NCBI RefSeq assembly: GCF_006345805.1
Contig: NW_021832050.1
Coordinates: 1-34,348, forward strand
From: Octopus sinensis
Taxonomy: Eukaryota
Direction: 5' to 3'
Length of the DNA: 34,348 nucleotides
Part shown: one piece after another, positions 10,526 through 22,663 of the stretch
How positions within the stretch are numbered: position 1 is the stretch's first letter
How the letters are laid out: every line of letters starts with the position of its first letter
Position numbers and translations under genes: made by a program
The notes under the pieces: model-generated
Databases searched by the model: none
What the model saw: the letters and a program-made list of their open reading frames with translations, nothing else
What the model was told of the DNA's origin: nothing

Positions 10526-11052
10526 AGCAATGAAACCAGATACTGTTAAGGAATTTATCTGTTGCACAACCATTTTTACCATTCCATTATTTTATACATC
10601 CTTTTGATTATTATTGGCGTCTGTTTTCTTTTTCTTCTATTTCTACATTTGACTTTTATATACAACTTATCGTCACATTGTAATAATACAGAAAGATCGA
10701 CATAATAGTCCAGTTATTTGGCTGGAATTATCGATATTCAGCAAATGACGAACTTCAGATTTTTACAATGACCAAACAAATCGGATCAGAAAACTATATT
10801 ACTTTTGTAAGAGGCAAATAGGAAAGAGTTAAATGACATTTCGTTTTCCATTTTTTTCCTTCCTACAAGTCCATCAGCAGCGAAACAATTTAGAAGCGTC
10901 ACCTTTATGTTAACGTCTGCTTCAATGGAAAATTTATCGGCTGATAAACCAGCGGATGAATAATGCTATATTGGACTGACGTAAGGTTTTTCCCTCGTTT
11001 TCCGGGATCCATTGAAGTTGATTACATTGTATTTTGTATTACATTCCTGCAC

Positions 11053-11197
11053 TTGCAAAAAGCTAAAGAGCTATTTTTTTTTCCTTCGCTTGTTCAGCTG
11101 ATAAAACATTACGTCTTTTATCGAAAATTTTCCCCGATATTCAGAGTCATCTTTCACTATACACGCACAGTGTGTTTGCTGAAAGGATTACCATTTT
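11053..11197 (-). pseudogene. Decayed hAT transposase C-terminal dimerisation-domain fragment
   Basis: Minus frame KMVILSANTLCVYSER*L*ISGKIFDKRRNVLSAEQAKEKK*LFSFLQ fits the hAT pattern LSxPxTSVxSERxFSxxGxIxxxRRxxLSxExxxxLxF. Confidence 0.6.
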
Positions 11198-11324
11198 AGA
11201 TTTCTGAACACACGCACACAAGCATACATTTGTGTGTAATATATGTATATATAGGAATATGATATATATATGTATATGAATCTATTTCCTTCTCTCTCCT
11301 TATCTCTTTCTCCCCAGCTCTCTC

Positions 11325-11660
<336 letters not shown>

Positions 11661-12047
11661 GCTGATGATATTTTCTGTTCAATGAGAATTATCCTTTTTT
11701 CGCATCACAAACAGAATCGTTTGCAAAATAGACCCAGATCAGGTGCCAGGTGGTCTTTATAGAAAGATGAAAATTTCTTGTAATCGATTTAACTAATTTT
11801 TCAGCTTTGTTTATTGGAATTCAATAAACCCTGAATAAACAACTATTAATACAAACCCACATTTTAAAACGTCCCTTCTTTCACAATATTTGTCTTGTTT
11901 CAATGGCTTGATCCTCGGAAATACAATATTCTTTTTTGCTTTGTTTCGTGTTTAAAGACTTCGTATCATACTTAAGAAAGAGGAGAACAAACTCCGGCAC
12001 AAAGACTCACACATACACATATACAATACATACTCAAAATATATATT

Positions 12048-12273
12048 TCTTTACTACCCACAAGGGGCTATACACAGAGAGGACAAACAAGGACAGAAGA
12101 ACGGATTAGGTCGATTATATCGACCCCAGTGCGTAACTGGTACTTAATTTATCGACCCCGAAAGGATGAAAGGCAAAGTCGACCTCGGCGGAATTTGAAT
12201 CCAGAGCGTAACGGCAGACGAAATACGGCTACTCAATTCGCCCGACGTGCTAACGTTTCTACCAGCTCGCCAC
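12048..12273 (-). mobile_element. SINE family A, full length
   Basis: TTTCTTTACTACCCACAAGGGG tail to CCAGCTCGCC head. Confidence 0.9.
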
Positions 12274-12289
12274 CTTACATACACAAAAT

Positions 12290-13032
12290 ATAAACGGCGG
12301 CTTCCCCCACGCTTTCCATCAACCAGACTCTTTTGCAAGGCATTGCTCGATCCGGAGCTGTAGTAGAAGGTGCTGCGCCATAGGACTGAACCCAAAAATC
12401 ATCTGGATACAAAGCGGGGTTCTTAACCACACAGCTACGCTTATGATAAAAAATATTAATTTTAACGCTGGCAAACTGTTAATATTGTTAAAGACGTTGA
12501 TATAAATTTAGGTGAACATGTTGCAGGTAAGAGGTTGCTTCACAGTAACATGATTCCGGGTTCAGTCCCACTGTGCGGCACCTTGGGCAAGTGTCTGTTA
12601 CTACAACTTCGGGCCGACCAAAGCTTTCTCGGTGGATTTGCTAGAAGGAAACTAAAAGAAGCCCGTCGTATATACCTTTTATATTTTAATTGTTTCAGTC
12701 ATTAGACTGTGGTCATGCTGGGGCAACGTCTAAAGAATTTTAGTCGAACGAATCGACCCCAGTGCTTATTTATTTTTTAAGCCTGATACTTATTTTATCG
12801 GTGTTTTTGCCTAACTGCTAAGTTACGGGGACATAAACACATCAGTACCAGTTGTCAAACAGTAGGGGCAAACACATGCTCACACTCACACACACACAAG
12901 ACGGGCTCCTTTTAGCTTCCTTCTACAAAATCTACTCACAAGATTTTCGTCGGTCCGAGGCTACAGTAGAAGACACTTGCACCAAGGTGCCAGGTAGTGG
13001 AACTGAACTTGGAACCATGTTGTTGGAAAGCA
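12290..13032. mobile_element. Cluster of three SINE family B copies (~12290-12445 -, ~12520-12670 +, ~12682-13032 -)
   Basis: Segments align by eye to the family B head, middle and tail. Confidence 0.8.
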
Positions 13033-13099
13033 AGCGTCTTACCACGAAACCATGTTTTTTTTTAATATCGAGGGTAATTAGTAAATTCTGATATTGATT

Positions 13100-13752
13100 T
13101 CAAATATTAGCACTAGGCCAGCAATACTGGAGGAGGGTTGATTCGATTACATCGACCCCAGTGCTCAACTGATACCTGTTTTATCGATCCCAAAACATGG
13201 AAGACAAAGTCGACTCCGGTGACATTCGAATTCAGAAGGTAAAACGGACGAATTGCTTCTAGGCATTATTTTGTCCGGCATACTAACGATTTTGCTTGCT
13301 TACTGCCTTAAATCATGTTTCAGTATTATTGTCCGTAAATAAGGCGGTGAGCTAGCAGAAGAGTTAGCTCGCTGGGCAAAACGCTTAACAGCATTTCGTC
13401 CTGCGTTACGTTCTGAGTTCAAATTCCGCCGTCAAGGTCGATTTTGCCTTTCATCCTTTCGGGGTCGATAATCGACTTTGCCTTTCATCCTTTCGGAGTT
13501 GATAAAGTTAGTACCAGTAGAGCACTGGGGCAATGTGATCGACTTACCCACTCCCTCGATATTGCTGGCCTTGTGCCAAAATCGAAATCAATATTATTGT
13601 CAGTAAATAATGGCGGTGTGTTCAAATTCTGCCGAGGTCCACAACAGCTTTCATCCTCTCCAGGTCGATAAAATAAGTATCAATTCAGTACTGAGGTCGA
13701 TATGATCGGGTTACACAACCCTCCCCCTTGAAATTGCTCTCCTTGTGCCTTC
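13100..13752. mobile_element. Cluster of SINE family A copies (~13100-13312 -, ~13342-13590 +, ~13612-13752 +)
   Basis: Family A core and head motifs. Confidence 0.82.
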
Positions 13753-13949
13753 AGTACAAAATATTATTATAGAAGAGTAAGGAGTGACAAGTTCCCCTTA
13801 GTTGGGTTTGAACGCGGAACTGGATGTTTCGTGATAAAAAGAGAAAACATCAACGCTAGGGTATTCATTCCACAAAACACGTAAGTGTACGGACGACTAG
13901 GCGTATCTATAAATGTGTCTATGAACGTGTTTGTGAAAGAAATAAACGC

Positions 13950-13952
<3 letters not shown>

Positions 13953-13985
<33 letters not shown>

Positions 13986-14118
13986 ATATATATATATATC
14001 CATATATATATATATCATATTATATATATATATCATATATATATATATATATATATCTATATATCCATATATACTATATATATATCCATACCTATATATC
14101 CTATTATCCATATATATA

Positions 14119-14200
<82 letters not shown>
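13953..14200. repeat. Interrupted (TA)n microsatellite
   Basis: Direct inspection. Confidence 0.95.
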
Positions 14201-14674
14201 CCACACATATACATATTTAATCATGCTATTTTCTTTATAAACTCTTATAAATGAGAAAAAGAATCCCACAACATAGCATCATTTTAATTTTTCTTTCTTT
14301 AGATTTCGATTTTTTTTTTCTTTTGCTCTGTTGTTGCTTTTTTTCTTTGGCGTGAAAAGAAAAGCAGAAGCTTGAAAGAAAAATAAACATTTTCGTCAAC
14401 ACTTGAAAACGAACAGCGGGAGTAAATTAAATAGTATTTTTATTTATTTTGCCATAACAAAAGAGCTCAGAAATTGAAGGTAGAAAAACATGTTGAATCA
14501 ATGTAAAGGAAACCATTTTATATCGTTATGTATTCATGAAGCTAAATATTTGTAACTTAGACCGGAATTTGTAAGTGTGCACTTACATTTAATTTGAATC
14601 TATGCGTGTATATTATGCACGTATATACTGTTTATTTATACACACGCACATACACACACACACATTCATCTGCT

Positions 14675-14713
<39 letters not shown>

Positions 14714-15004
14714 GTAGGTAAGTAGATATATAGGCAGATATGTATGTATATATGTGTGACGGTATGTATATGTGAGTATGCGTATCTATGAATGTGTATA
14801 TGTGTTCATGTACTTTAAGCTTGTATATTCCTAGTTTTGTGGTGTACAAAAAATATTTTAATCTGAAAATATGTGTGTTTGTGTGTTTGTATTCGTGTGT
14901 TTTCGAAAGTGAACCTTTCCAAATCATTGCAAATGAGTTTCTAGTCTTCGATACTCAGAAAACCGATGGAGAAACTGAAAAACCAAAAATTGTGGGCTAT
15001 AATA

Positions 15005-15367
15005 GGCGCAGGAGTGGCTGTGTGGTAAGTAGTTTGTTTACCAACCACATGGTTCCGACGCCATTCCTACTGCGTAGCACCTTGTGCAACTTTCTTCTAC
15101 TATAGCCTTGGGCCGACCAAAGCCTTGTGAGTGGATTTCGTAGACGGAAACTCAAGGAAGCCCGTCGTATATATGTATATATATATATATATATATTGTG
15201 TGTGTGTGTGTTTGTGTGTTTGTGTTTGTCCCCCTACCATCGGTTCGGCAAAAGAGACCGATAGAATAAGTACTAGGCTTACAAAGAATAAGTTCTGGGG
15301 TCCATTTGCTCGACTAAAGGTGGTGATCCAGCATGGCCGCAGTCAATTGACTGAAACAAGTAAAAGG
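15005..15367 (+). mobile_element. SINE family B
   Basis: GGCGCAGGAGTGGCTGTGTGGTAAG head to GACTGAAACAAGTAAAAG tail. Confidence 0.9.
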
Positions 15368-15435
15368 GTAATAACCTGCCCCACGTGCACGGAGGATTAC
15401 ATAGGTGGAACTGGAAATTCTTTATGCCAACGAGA
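15368..15435 (+). pseudogene. Second Penelope-like GIY-YIG fragment
   Basis: VITCPTCTEDYIGGTGNSLCQR parallels YAIKCQGCNEDYIDQT at ~7640 (CxxC...YIG motif). Confidence 0.6.
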
Positions 15436-15743
15436 TTGACTATTTACTAGATGAAACGTGCCCAGATAATTTGAAACAAAGATTAGAAAACCGTTGAGAA
15501 AACTATATAAATGTTACAAATTCAGTATGAAAGACTGAACTTAGACATTCAAAAATACACAGATGCGGTTAACATAATCATTTATTATTTGGTATCAAAA
15601 TTTTCATTGCACTGCCTACGTAAAATCAAATCTCTACGCGTTCAACTCCACTGCTTCGCACCTTGGAGAAGTTAAGCTTTGGATCGACCAATACCTTGCA
15701 TTGTGAGTGAAATTGGTAGATGGAAATTACGTGGAAAGTCGTC

Positions 15744-15793
15744 ATATATAAATATACATATATAATATATATATATATATATATATAGATATA

Positions 15794-15860
<67 letters not shown>

Positions 15861-15956
15861 TAATATACATACATCATACATACATCATACATACATACAT
15901 ATATATATATATATTATATATATATACATACATACATATATACATATATACATACA

Positions 15957-15992
<36 letters not shown>

Positions 15993-15996
15993 CATA

Positions 15997-16090
<94 letters not shown>

Positions 16091-16120
16091 CATACATACA
16101 TACATACATATATATATATA
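15744..16120. repeat. Long interrupted (TA)n/(CATA)n microsatellite
   Basis: Direct inspection. Confidence 0.96.
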
Positions 16121-16300
16121 CAACTTATAAACAAGGGCTGTTTATAAATTTAACCTTTAAAGATATTTTTTGATATGCTGGACATTGATAAAAATTTTTT
16201 CGAAAAAATTTTATTCTATATTAGATGTGTATATATATATATATATGAAAGAAGGTTTGAAAATGCAATTTTAAAAGATGTTTATTTATATATATATATA

Positions 16301-16462
16301 TAACATGGAACAAAAATACAATATAGTACAATAAAATATCTGGACAGATTGACGATACAAAAGAAAAATAACAATTAGAGGGACAAGAAAAAAGGGACAG
16401 GTCATTCGTGGCCTTCTTTCGTCAGTCAAGTTACCAGATGTCCTTACAGTTTCGGACAGTTG
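16301..16462 (-). repeat. (TA)n-flanked interspersed repeat related to 33237-33400
   Basis: Shared GGAAC/GGGACAA...GACGATACAAA...GGTCATTCG...TTTCNTCAGTC...CCAGAT blocks. Confidence 0.65.
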
Positions 16463-16472
16463 TGTATGTATG

Positions 16473-16555
<83 letters not shown>

Positions 16556-16619
16556 GTATGTATGTATGATGTATGTATGTATGTATGTATGTATGTATGT
16601 ATGTATGCATGTATGTATA

Positions 16620-16843
16620 CGAATGGGTGCTGAAAAGTGAAAAGTTGCTGGCTCTGAATAAAAGAAAATACGGGAGGATCAGTTAATTATGATTTTATTC
16701 AACATATTCCCCTCTCAGATTCACACATTTATTGCAGCGGCCCTTCTTTTTTTCTAAGTCCTGTAAAAGAACTCGGAAGTTTGGTCCTCCAACTAGGCCT
16801 TTCGCGCTGCGCTTAAAGCCAGGAACTTTTCAGCACGCGCGTG
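16620..16843. mobile_element. Mariner-type MITE with terminal inverted repeats and TA flanks
   Basis: TA|CGAATGGGTGCTGAAAAGT(GAAAAGT)TGCTGGCT ... AGCCAGGAACTTTTCAGCACGCGCGTG|TA. Confidence 0.8.
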
Positions 16844-16867
16844 TACTTGAGTTTATGTTTACAGTAC

Positions 16868-17042
16868 CTCCCACTTAACCGGTGTTGATTTATTTACGTT
16901 CCCGTAACCCAGTGGTTCAGCAAAAAAGAGAGATAGAATAGGGACCAAATTTTTTTTTTAAATCTTGGATCAACTGAAATCCCTTCAAGGCCGTGCCCCA
17001 TTAATGCTGCCGTCGAATGACTGAAATGAATACAAGATTAAA
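16868..17042 (+). mobile_element. Diverged SINE family B 3' half
   Basis: TTTACGTTCCCGTAACCCAGTGGTTCAGCAAAA...GAATGACTGAAA. Confidence 0.7.
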
Positions 17043-17300
17043 AAATATACTACGCTTTAAATGTTCTTGAAGATATTTCTCTTGTTGTTGTTAATGATAA
17101 TTTTACTGTTTTTGATGTTAAACGAACACAGATTTAGTCGGTTTAAATCGAATCGGTGAAATGAAAGTTGTTTACACATTAATTATACAAAATGGAGGCT
17201 ACCCAAAACAACGCTTAAAAAAGAACTTAAACGCGGAAGATATTTTATGTATTCTTATGTGCGTATAAAGAGATGATTATATATGTATATTATATAGATA

Positions 17301-17331
<31 letters not shown>

Positions 17332-17799
17332 TTCCAATAAAATATTTTACTAACAAAATAAATGGGGGAAAATAAGAAAGGAAAAGGATTCCTGTCGAGA
17401 AATTTTGAAAAAAATATGTTGCAACCCCATCAAAGCAAGGAAGTAACTAAAGCAGAAACAAATCTACCAAACAAAAACATCAAATGGAATCAAAAGGTAA
17501 AAGCTAGTATCAAAAGGACATATTGGCATGAAAAGCAAATTCTCAATAGATTTCGTGAAAGCAATAAGCGTTGTTAACTCCCCACTATTTAGAACAACAG
17601 AGAAATATTCGACTTTCTAAGGCTGACTCTAAGGGGGAAGAAAATATAAGGAACGGTAAAGAAATAGTAATTTTATTACTACGGGTGGGAGATTAGAATT
17701 TTTGATATTTACAAACAAATGTTGTAAATCTATTAACTGACGCTTCCCTAGCTCAAGCGCACACATATACATGAGTAAAAGTAGAGCAAGCAACAATAA

Positions 17800-18208
17800 A
17801 AAATTTCAAACTTTGGCACAAAGAGACTATTCGATTACATGGACCCCAGTGCTCAACTGGTACTTATTTTATCAACCCCGAAAGAATAAAATTTAAACTC
17901 GACCTCGGCGGAATTCGTACTCAAGACACAGCGACGGGCGAAACCCCGCTAAACATTTTGCCCGGTGTGCTAAATACCTATTTCTTTACCACTCACAAGA
18001 AGCTAAACATAGAGTGGACAAACAAGGACAGACAAACGAATTAAGTCGATTACATCGACCCCAGTGTCTAACTGGTACTTAATTTATCGACCCCGAAAAG
18101 TTGAAAGGCAAAGTCGACCTCGGCGAAATCTGAACTCAGGACGTAGCGACGGGCGGAACACCGCTAAGCATTTTGCCCGGCACGCTAAGCATTTTGCCAG
18201 CTCAGCAC
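17800..18208 (-). mobile_element. SINE family A head-to-tail dimer
   Basis: Two successive cores (~17830-17960 and ~18040-18205) joined through the tail. Confidence 0.85.
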
Positions 18209-18210
18209 TT

Positions 18211-18250
<40 letters not shown>
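18211..18250. repeat. (AAG)n microsatellite
   Basis: Direct inspection. Confidence 0.95.
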
Positions 18251-18251
<1 letters not shown>

Positions 18252-18515
18252 GGATCATCACTGTGTCCTTCGCATCATCAGAATATTTCGAAGTTCTTAA
18301 ACTCATCTAGTTTTGTATGCCGATGACGAAAACCACATTTATTTTTCATAGAAGTTAATAATAAAAATGTATCACATCCCAAGCGGAAACCTCTATTGTC
18401 GACATACCGGAAACTACACTTGTCCAACAATAAAATTTTTGTCTGTTTGCAGAAACATCGACAACAACGACTCGTCGTTTTTTTCTTATTCCCTTGTTTT
18501 ATTTTGTTTTTTTTC

Positions 18516-18516
<1 letters not shown>

Positions 18517-18579
<63 letters not shown>

Positions 18580-18581
18580 TA

Positions 18582-18620
<39 letters not shown>
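18517..18620. repeat. (TTA)n microsatellite
   Basis: Direct inspection. Confidence 0.97.
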
Positions 18621-18621
<1 letters not shown>

Positions 18622-19449
18622 TGCTTTTTTAGTCGAGGTCTTTCAATCAGTGTAACAAGCTACATTTTTTTTTATTGTTTCTTTTTTAAACACAGTACTT
18701 CATTCAGTTGACAAAAGAGTATTTCGTGAATGGATTTCGATAAGAAGGCTATGATGCAGCACATTTTTTTTTCTTTTTCCAGAATTGTTTGCTAGTTAGA
18801 TAACAAAATATAATAACAACTGGCGAAAATAATATTGACGTTTAACGTATTCACAATACATTACATTTATGAGAAAACACTACAGTTAATTATTAATAAG
18901 ACTAGAACATGACATGGTGGTGCCCCAGCATGGCTACAGCTCGTGAGCTGAAACTAGATAAAAGAATAAAATAAAATGACATCATATTTGACCCTAAAGG
19001 CTGATAAGTAAATTTATCCCAATCTAAATTATTAATAATACACAATATTTTTTTCGATTGAATTTAATATTTCTGGGGTTTCGAACGATGAGACTAGTAA
19101 AATCCCATTCTCAATTCCGACGGGCTCTCGTTTACTTTGGACAGCAATTCGACCTTATCATTTCCTGTTTGTTGAGATTTGCTGTGCATCCGGCCAAGTG
19201 ATGTTGGCCTCTCTTATGCTGGTTGTTGAATTTTCTGCGCCATAATAATGGTAGTCTTCGGTCTTCAAGCCGTCCCAACAACCCTTCTTCCCAGCTCGCA
19301 CCCATCCCACTATCACACTTATAACTACAACAACACTATATACTCAGCTGCAGTACTTCTAAGTAAAGATGCACAGATTCCATCCCCAACTTTGGGGCTA
19401 CCCGCTTATACCCTCCCTGAAGCCATCTCTTTTTGTCATCCACCTTGTA

Positions 19450-19822
19450 TCTCTCTATATATAAACGGCAGTTTGTCTCTGTGTGTTTCTGTGTGTCTGT
19501 TTGGTTGTACCCTCACCCTGACCACGGCTTTCAACCGATTCAGATGAAACTTGACACACACATAGCCCAATGTCATAATTCAAAACTAACGCAGCGAAAA
19601 TTTTGAAAAGTTCCCCCAGTTCTGAAAAAGATCGATAAATTCGACATGGGGTCGACAATCAGAAACACAAACCACAGATGGTCTAGGGGACGCAACTCGA
19701 CCTTTTTAACTATCAAAAAAATTTACCATCATTTTTTCCCACATTTTTTGGCTATAACTCTCTAAAAATGCTTTATAGTTATTTCCCTTACAAACCCGAG
19801 CAATGCCGGGCGATACTGCTAG
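19450..19822 (+). mobile_element. Non-autonomous Helitron-type element
   Basis: Inserted at A|T; 5' TCTCTCTATATATAAA, 3' CTAG at 19819-19822 preceded by the GC hairpin CCCGAGCAATGCCGGG (19795-19810). Confidence 0.8.
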
Positions 19823-20741
19823 TTCTCAATATAATTTCTTAACATTGTATTGTTCTGTTTGATATCCTATCATATTGGTCATCACTCACACATACTTCAT
19901 ATTCATACATTTAATCTGCATCCTTATTACAGTGTATCGCTCCCCCTCCTACACACCACGCTTTACATCATCTTCCTATTTCTTAGAGTGTACCCTGTAA
20001 CTTGAGGGTACGCCCTGACACCTCTTCACCATCTTCTCTCCTTTTCTAACCGGTGTAACCATGTATCTCATCTGCTGCAATATAACTGTTTCTGTCCCTC
20101 CATCAAAATTTAACCTCCCATCATCTGACATAAAGCCACCTCCCTTAGTAATAGTCCTCATCTCAGCTGAAGGAGTCTGATCATGCAAGTTGCTTGGTCT
20201 TGCAAGTTCCTCTATCACAGGGGAGGGGCCATTGATAATTAAGTGGAAAATATCGTTCTGAGTCTGGAACTAATGGGACCGTCTTTCATTGACAGACCAG
20301 AGTGGCCTCCGCAGGTGGCTGCTACTGGAAAAAGAGGATTTATCTCACACATCAGTCTCCTTCCCAAGGGAGGATTATAGATTATGTTCTTGGTATCCAA
20401 ATTGCGGATGCAGGGATTCCTGCAGGTCGCAAGAGAATTAATCGGGAACCTGAGGTAAGGGGTTCATCGCCTCAATATGTATCTTATGTTTTAAATTGTA
20501 ATAGGCTTCTTAGTCCAAGTAATTGTAAAATATTGTAAATTGTAAAAGGGTCATTACCTCAAGATGTGTCTTATTAAAAGAACAATGTTATAAAGAAGCA
20601 GAGGGTCGGCGGGTGCTTTCTGTCTTCTCCCATCCTTATCATCCTGTATTATTATCATTCGCCTCATCAATGTCTTGTCCAGCCCGCAAAGCTACTCATC
20701 TTTGTACTGCCTCTATGGCAAATTTGATAAAATAAAGTTTA

Positions 20742-20962
20742 TTTCTTTACTACCCACAAGGGGCTAAACACAGAGGGGACAGACAAATGGATTAAGTCGA
20801 TTATATCGACCCCAGTGCGTAACTGGTACTTAATTTATCGACCCCGAGAGGATGAAAGGCAAAGTCGACCACGGCGGAATTTGAACTCGGAACGTAACGA
20901 CAGACGAAATACCGCTACGCATTTCGCCCGACGTGCTAACGTTTCTGCCAGCTCGCCGCCTT
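20742..20962 (-). mobile_element. SINE family A, full length
   Basis: Tail TTTCTTTACTACCCACAAGGGG to head GCCAGCTCGCCGCCTT. Confidence 0.9.
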
Positions 20963-21809
20963 AAAATAAAGTTGCTTGGCGACATCAAGAATGCTGCTGC
21001 CATAGAAAAAAAGCACTCTACACTCTGTGAAGTATTTGGTATTAAGAAAGGCATCCAGTCATAGAAACCGTACTAAAGCATTCACGCTAAGGTATTCACG
21101 CTAAGTTCAATCCTCCAGCTCATCAGTGGTGTACATTATTTGAAAGCTCTTTTAGAATGGTGTTGTTCTGATCGCCAGGGTATGTGAGCAGCTAGTTTTA
21201 ATCTACGTTTAGTTAAATAGTATCCTTGTGTTTATTCAGTATCATTCATAATTTAATTATATAACTATATGTACGAGTGTGATGTGTAGTGTGATGTGTA
21301 TTTTATGAGTGAGTAGAGGCTACAGAATTTATAGCTCCAAGTTTGAGGAGAACAATATGGCAAAGTGACAGTTTGCTTGTAAGGGGGGAAAAGGGATCAG
21401 AGGTTAAGTCTGAAATATTACCTAATTGAATTAATATTCCATTTAGACAATCGAACCATTACTAATTAGCTGTAAACATAGCACCCAAACACCCACACAT
21501 ACACACATATGCACACATATGCATGCACACATACGCACATACACGTTCGTGGCATTTCGTTATTTAGGGCGATATTTGATATATGTGTCTCATAAATACC
21601 TACCCCCACCCCACCTTACAATGACACAAACTTTCATATGAGTGTATATGTGTATGCATGTGTATACATGTGTGTGCGTGAGCCTGCATTTATCTTTCTC
21701 AGTCTGTCTCTCTCTATATATGTGTGTGTGAGTGCGTGTGTGTGTATGTGTGTGTGCGTGTGCACTTTTGTGTTTGCATTTATGTGTGTATGTGTGTGCA
21801 AATATATCA

Positions 21810-21849
<40 letters not shown>

Positions 21850-21851
21850 TA

Positions 21852-22000
21852 ATTGCAGCGTGGAAGGTGTTTATAAGCCATTTAAAAACACGCAAAAAAC
21901 GTTAGATTCACTTCACCAATAAAACCTAATTTGTGTCAAAATATTTTCGTCGATTTGAAACCGCGATCTGTTCACTGACAAAACTTCTTGTTGCTGTATG
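21852..22000 (-). mobile_element. (TA)n-adjacent non-coding element carrying a variant hammerhead fold
   Basis: Follows a TA tract and ends at TATGTATATA; contains the fold at 21934-21980. Confidence 0.5.
21934..21980 (-). ncRNA. Type-I hammerhead-like fold with swapped G3:C8 core pair
   Basis: Minus strand UGUCA-GUGAACA-G-AUCGC(GGUUUCAAA)UCGAC-GAA-AAUAUU-U-UGACA: perfect 5-bp helix I, palindromic helix III AAUAUU, 3 central helix II pairs. Confidence 0.6.
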
Positions 22001-22199
22001 TATATACAGGAATATATAGATACTAGTTCACTGAGGTGTAAATTGGCAACCCTGCGCCCGATAGCCTTCTGATCAAGGGTGGTGTTTGCCTACACGCCTA
22101 ACTAGTGGAACGGACATCATTCGTAATTTATAATGGTGCACAGTGCTTTGTGACCAGCGATACATGACCACATCCAATTGTCTGGTCAAGAAATCTTTA

Positions 22200-22335
22200 T
22201 CCGCTATGGTTGGATGGTGACACCTTTTCGGTTCAGTCTTTTATCTCCATACAGGTTTCCTGTGTACTCTCTCCACCTTTTCCTGATATCCTCTAGTTCA
22301 AAAAGTACTCCCCCAACCATTTGTTTGGAGACATT
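22200..22335 (-). pseudogene. RTE-type LINE ORF fragment (region between endonuclease and RT)
   Basis: CLQTNG/GVLFELEDIRKRWREYTGNLYGDKR fits the RTE pattern GxxLxExExIxxRWxEYxxxLY. Confidence 0.6.
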
Positions 22336-22384
22336 TGTTTCATTATCATTAAAAATAAAAAAAATACTTTTTTAAATATTGGTT

Positions 22385-22624
22385 TCACGTTTTGGCACAA
22401 GGCCTGCAATTTCGAGGGTGTAGGGAAGTCGATCACATCGACCTTAGTGCCCAACTGGTACTTATTTTATCCACCCCGAAACAAAAATGAAAAGCACTGT
22501 TGACCGTGACTGGATTTGAACTCTGAACGCAAAGATGTGCGTAATGCTGCTACGCATTTTACCTGGCATGCTAACTACTCTGTTAGCCTTCAAATGACGC
22601 CACCCCGCTGGCTAAGCGAGCAGG

Positions 22625-22663
<39 letters not shown>

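Noticed and set aside
10691-10986. Plus-strand exon candidates (KIDIIVQLFGW...YITF|GTAAGA and MLYWTD|GTAAGG, superficially a YWTD repeat)
   Set aside because: In-frame stops block joining without invoking an indel, and the region abuts a hAT remnant on the other strand
13780-13875. tRNA-like segment on the minus strand with GTTCAAACC
   Set aside because: No cloverleaf can be built; at most a decayed SINE head
21095-21130. CUGAUGAG on the minus strand
   Set aside because: No helix II-GAAA follows
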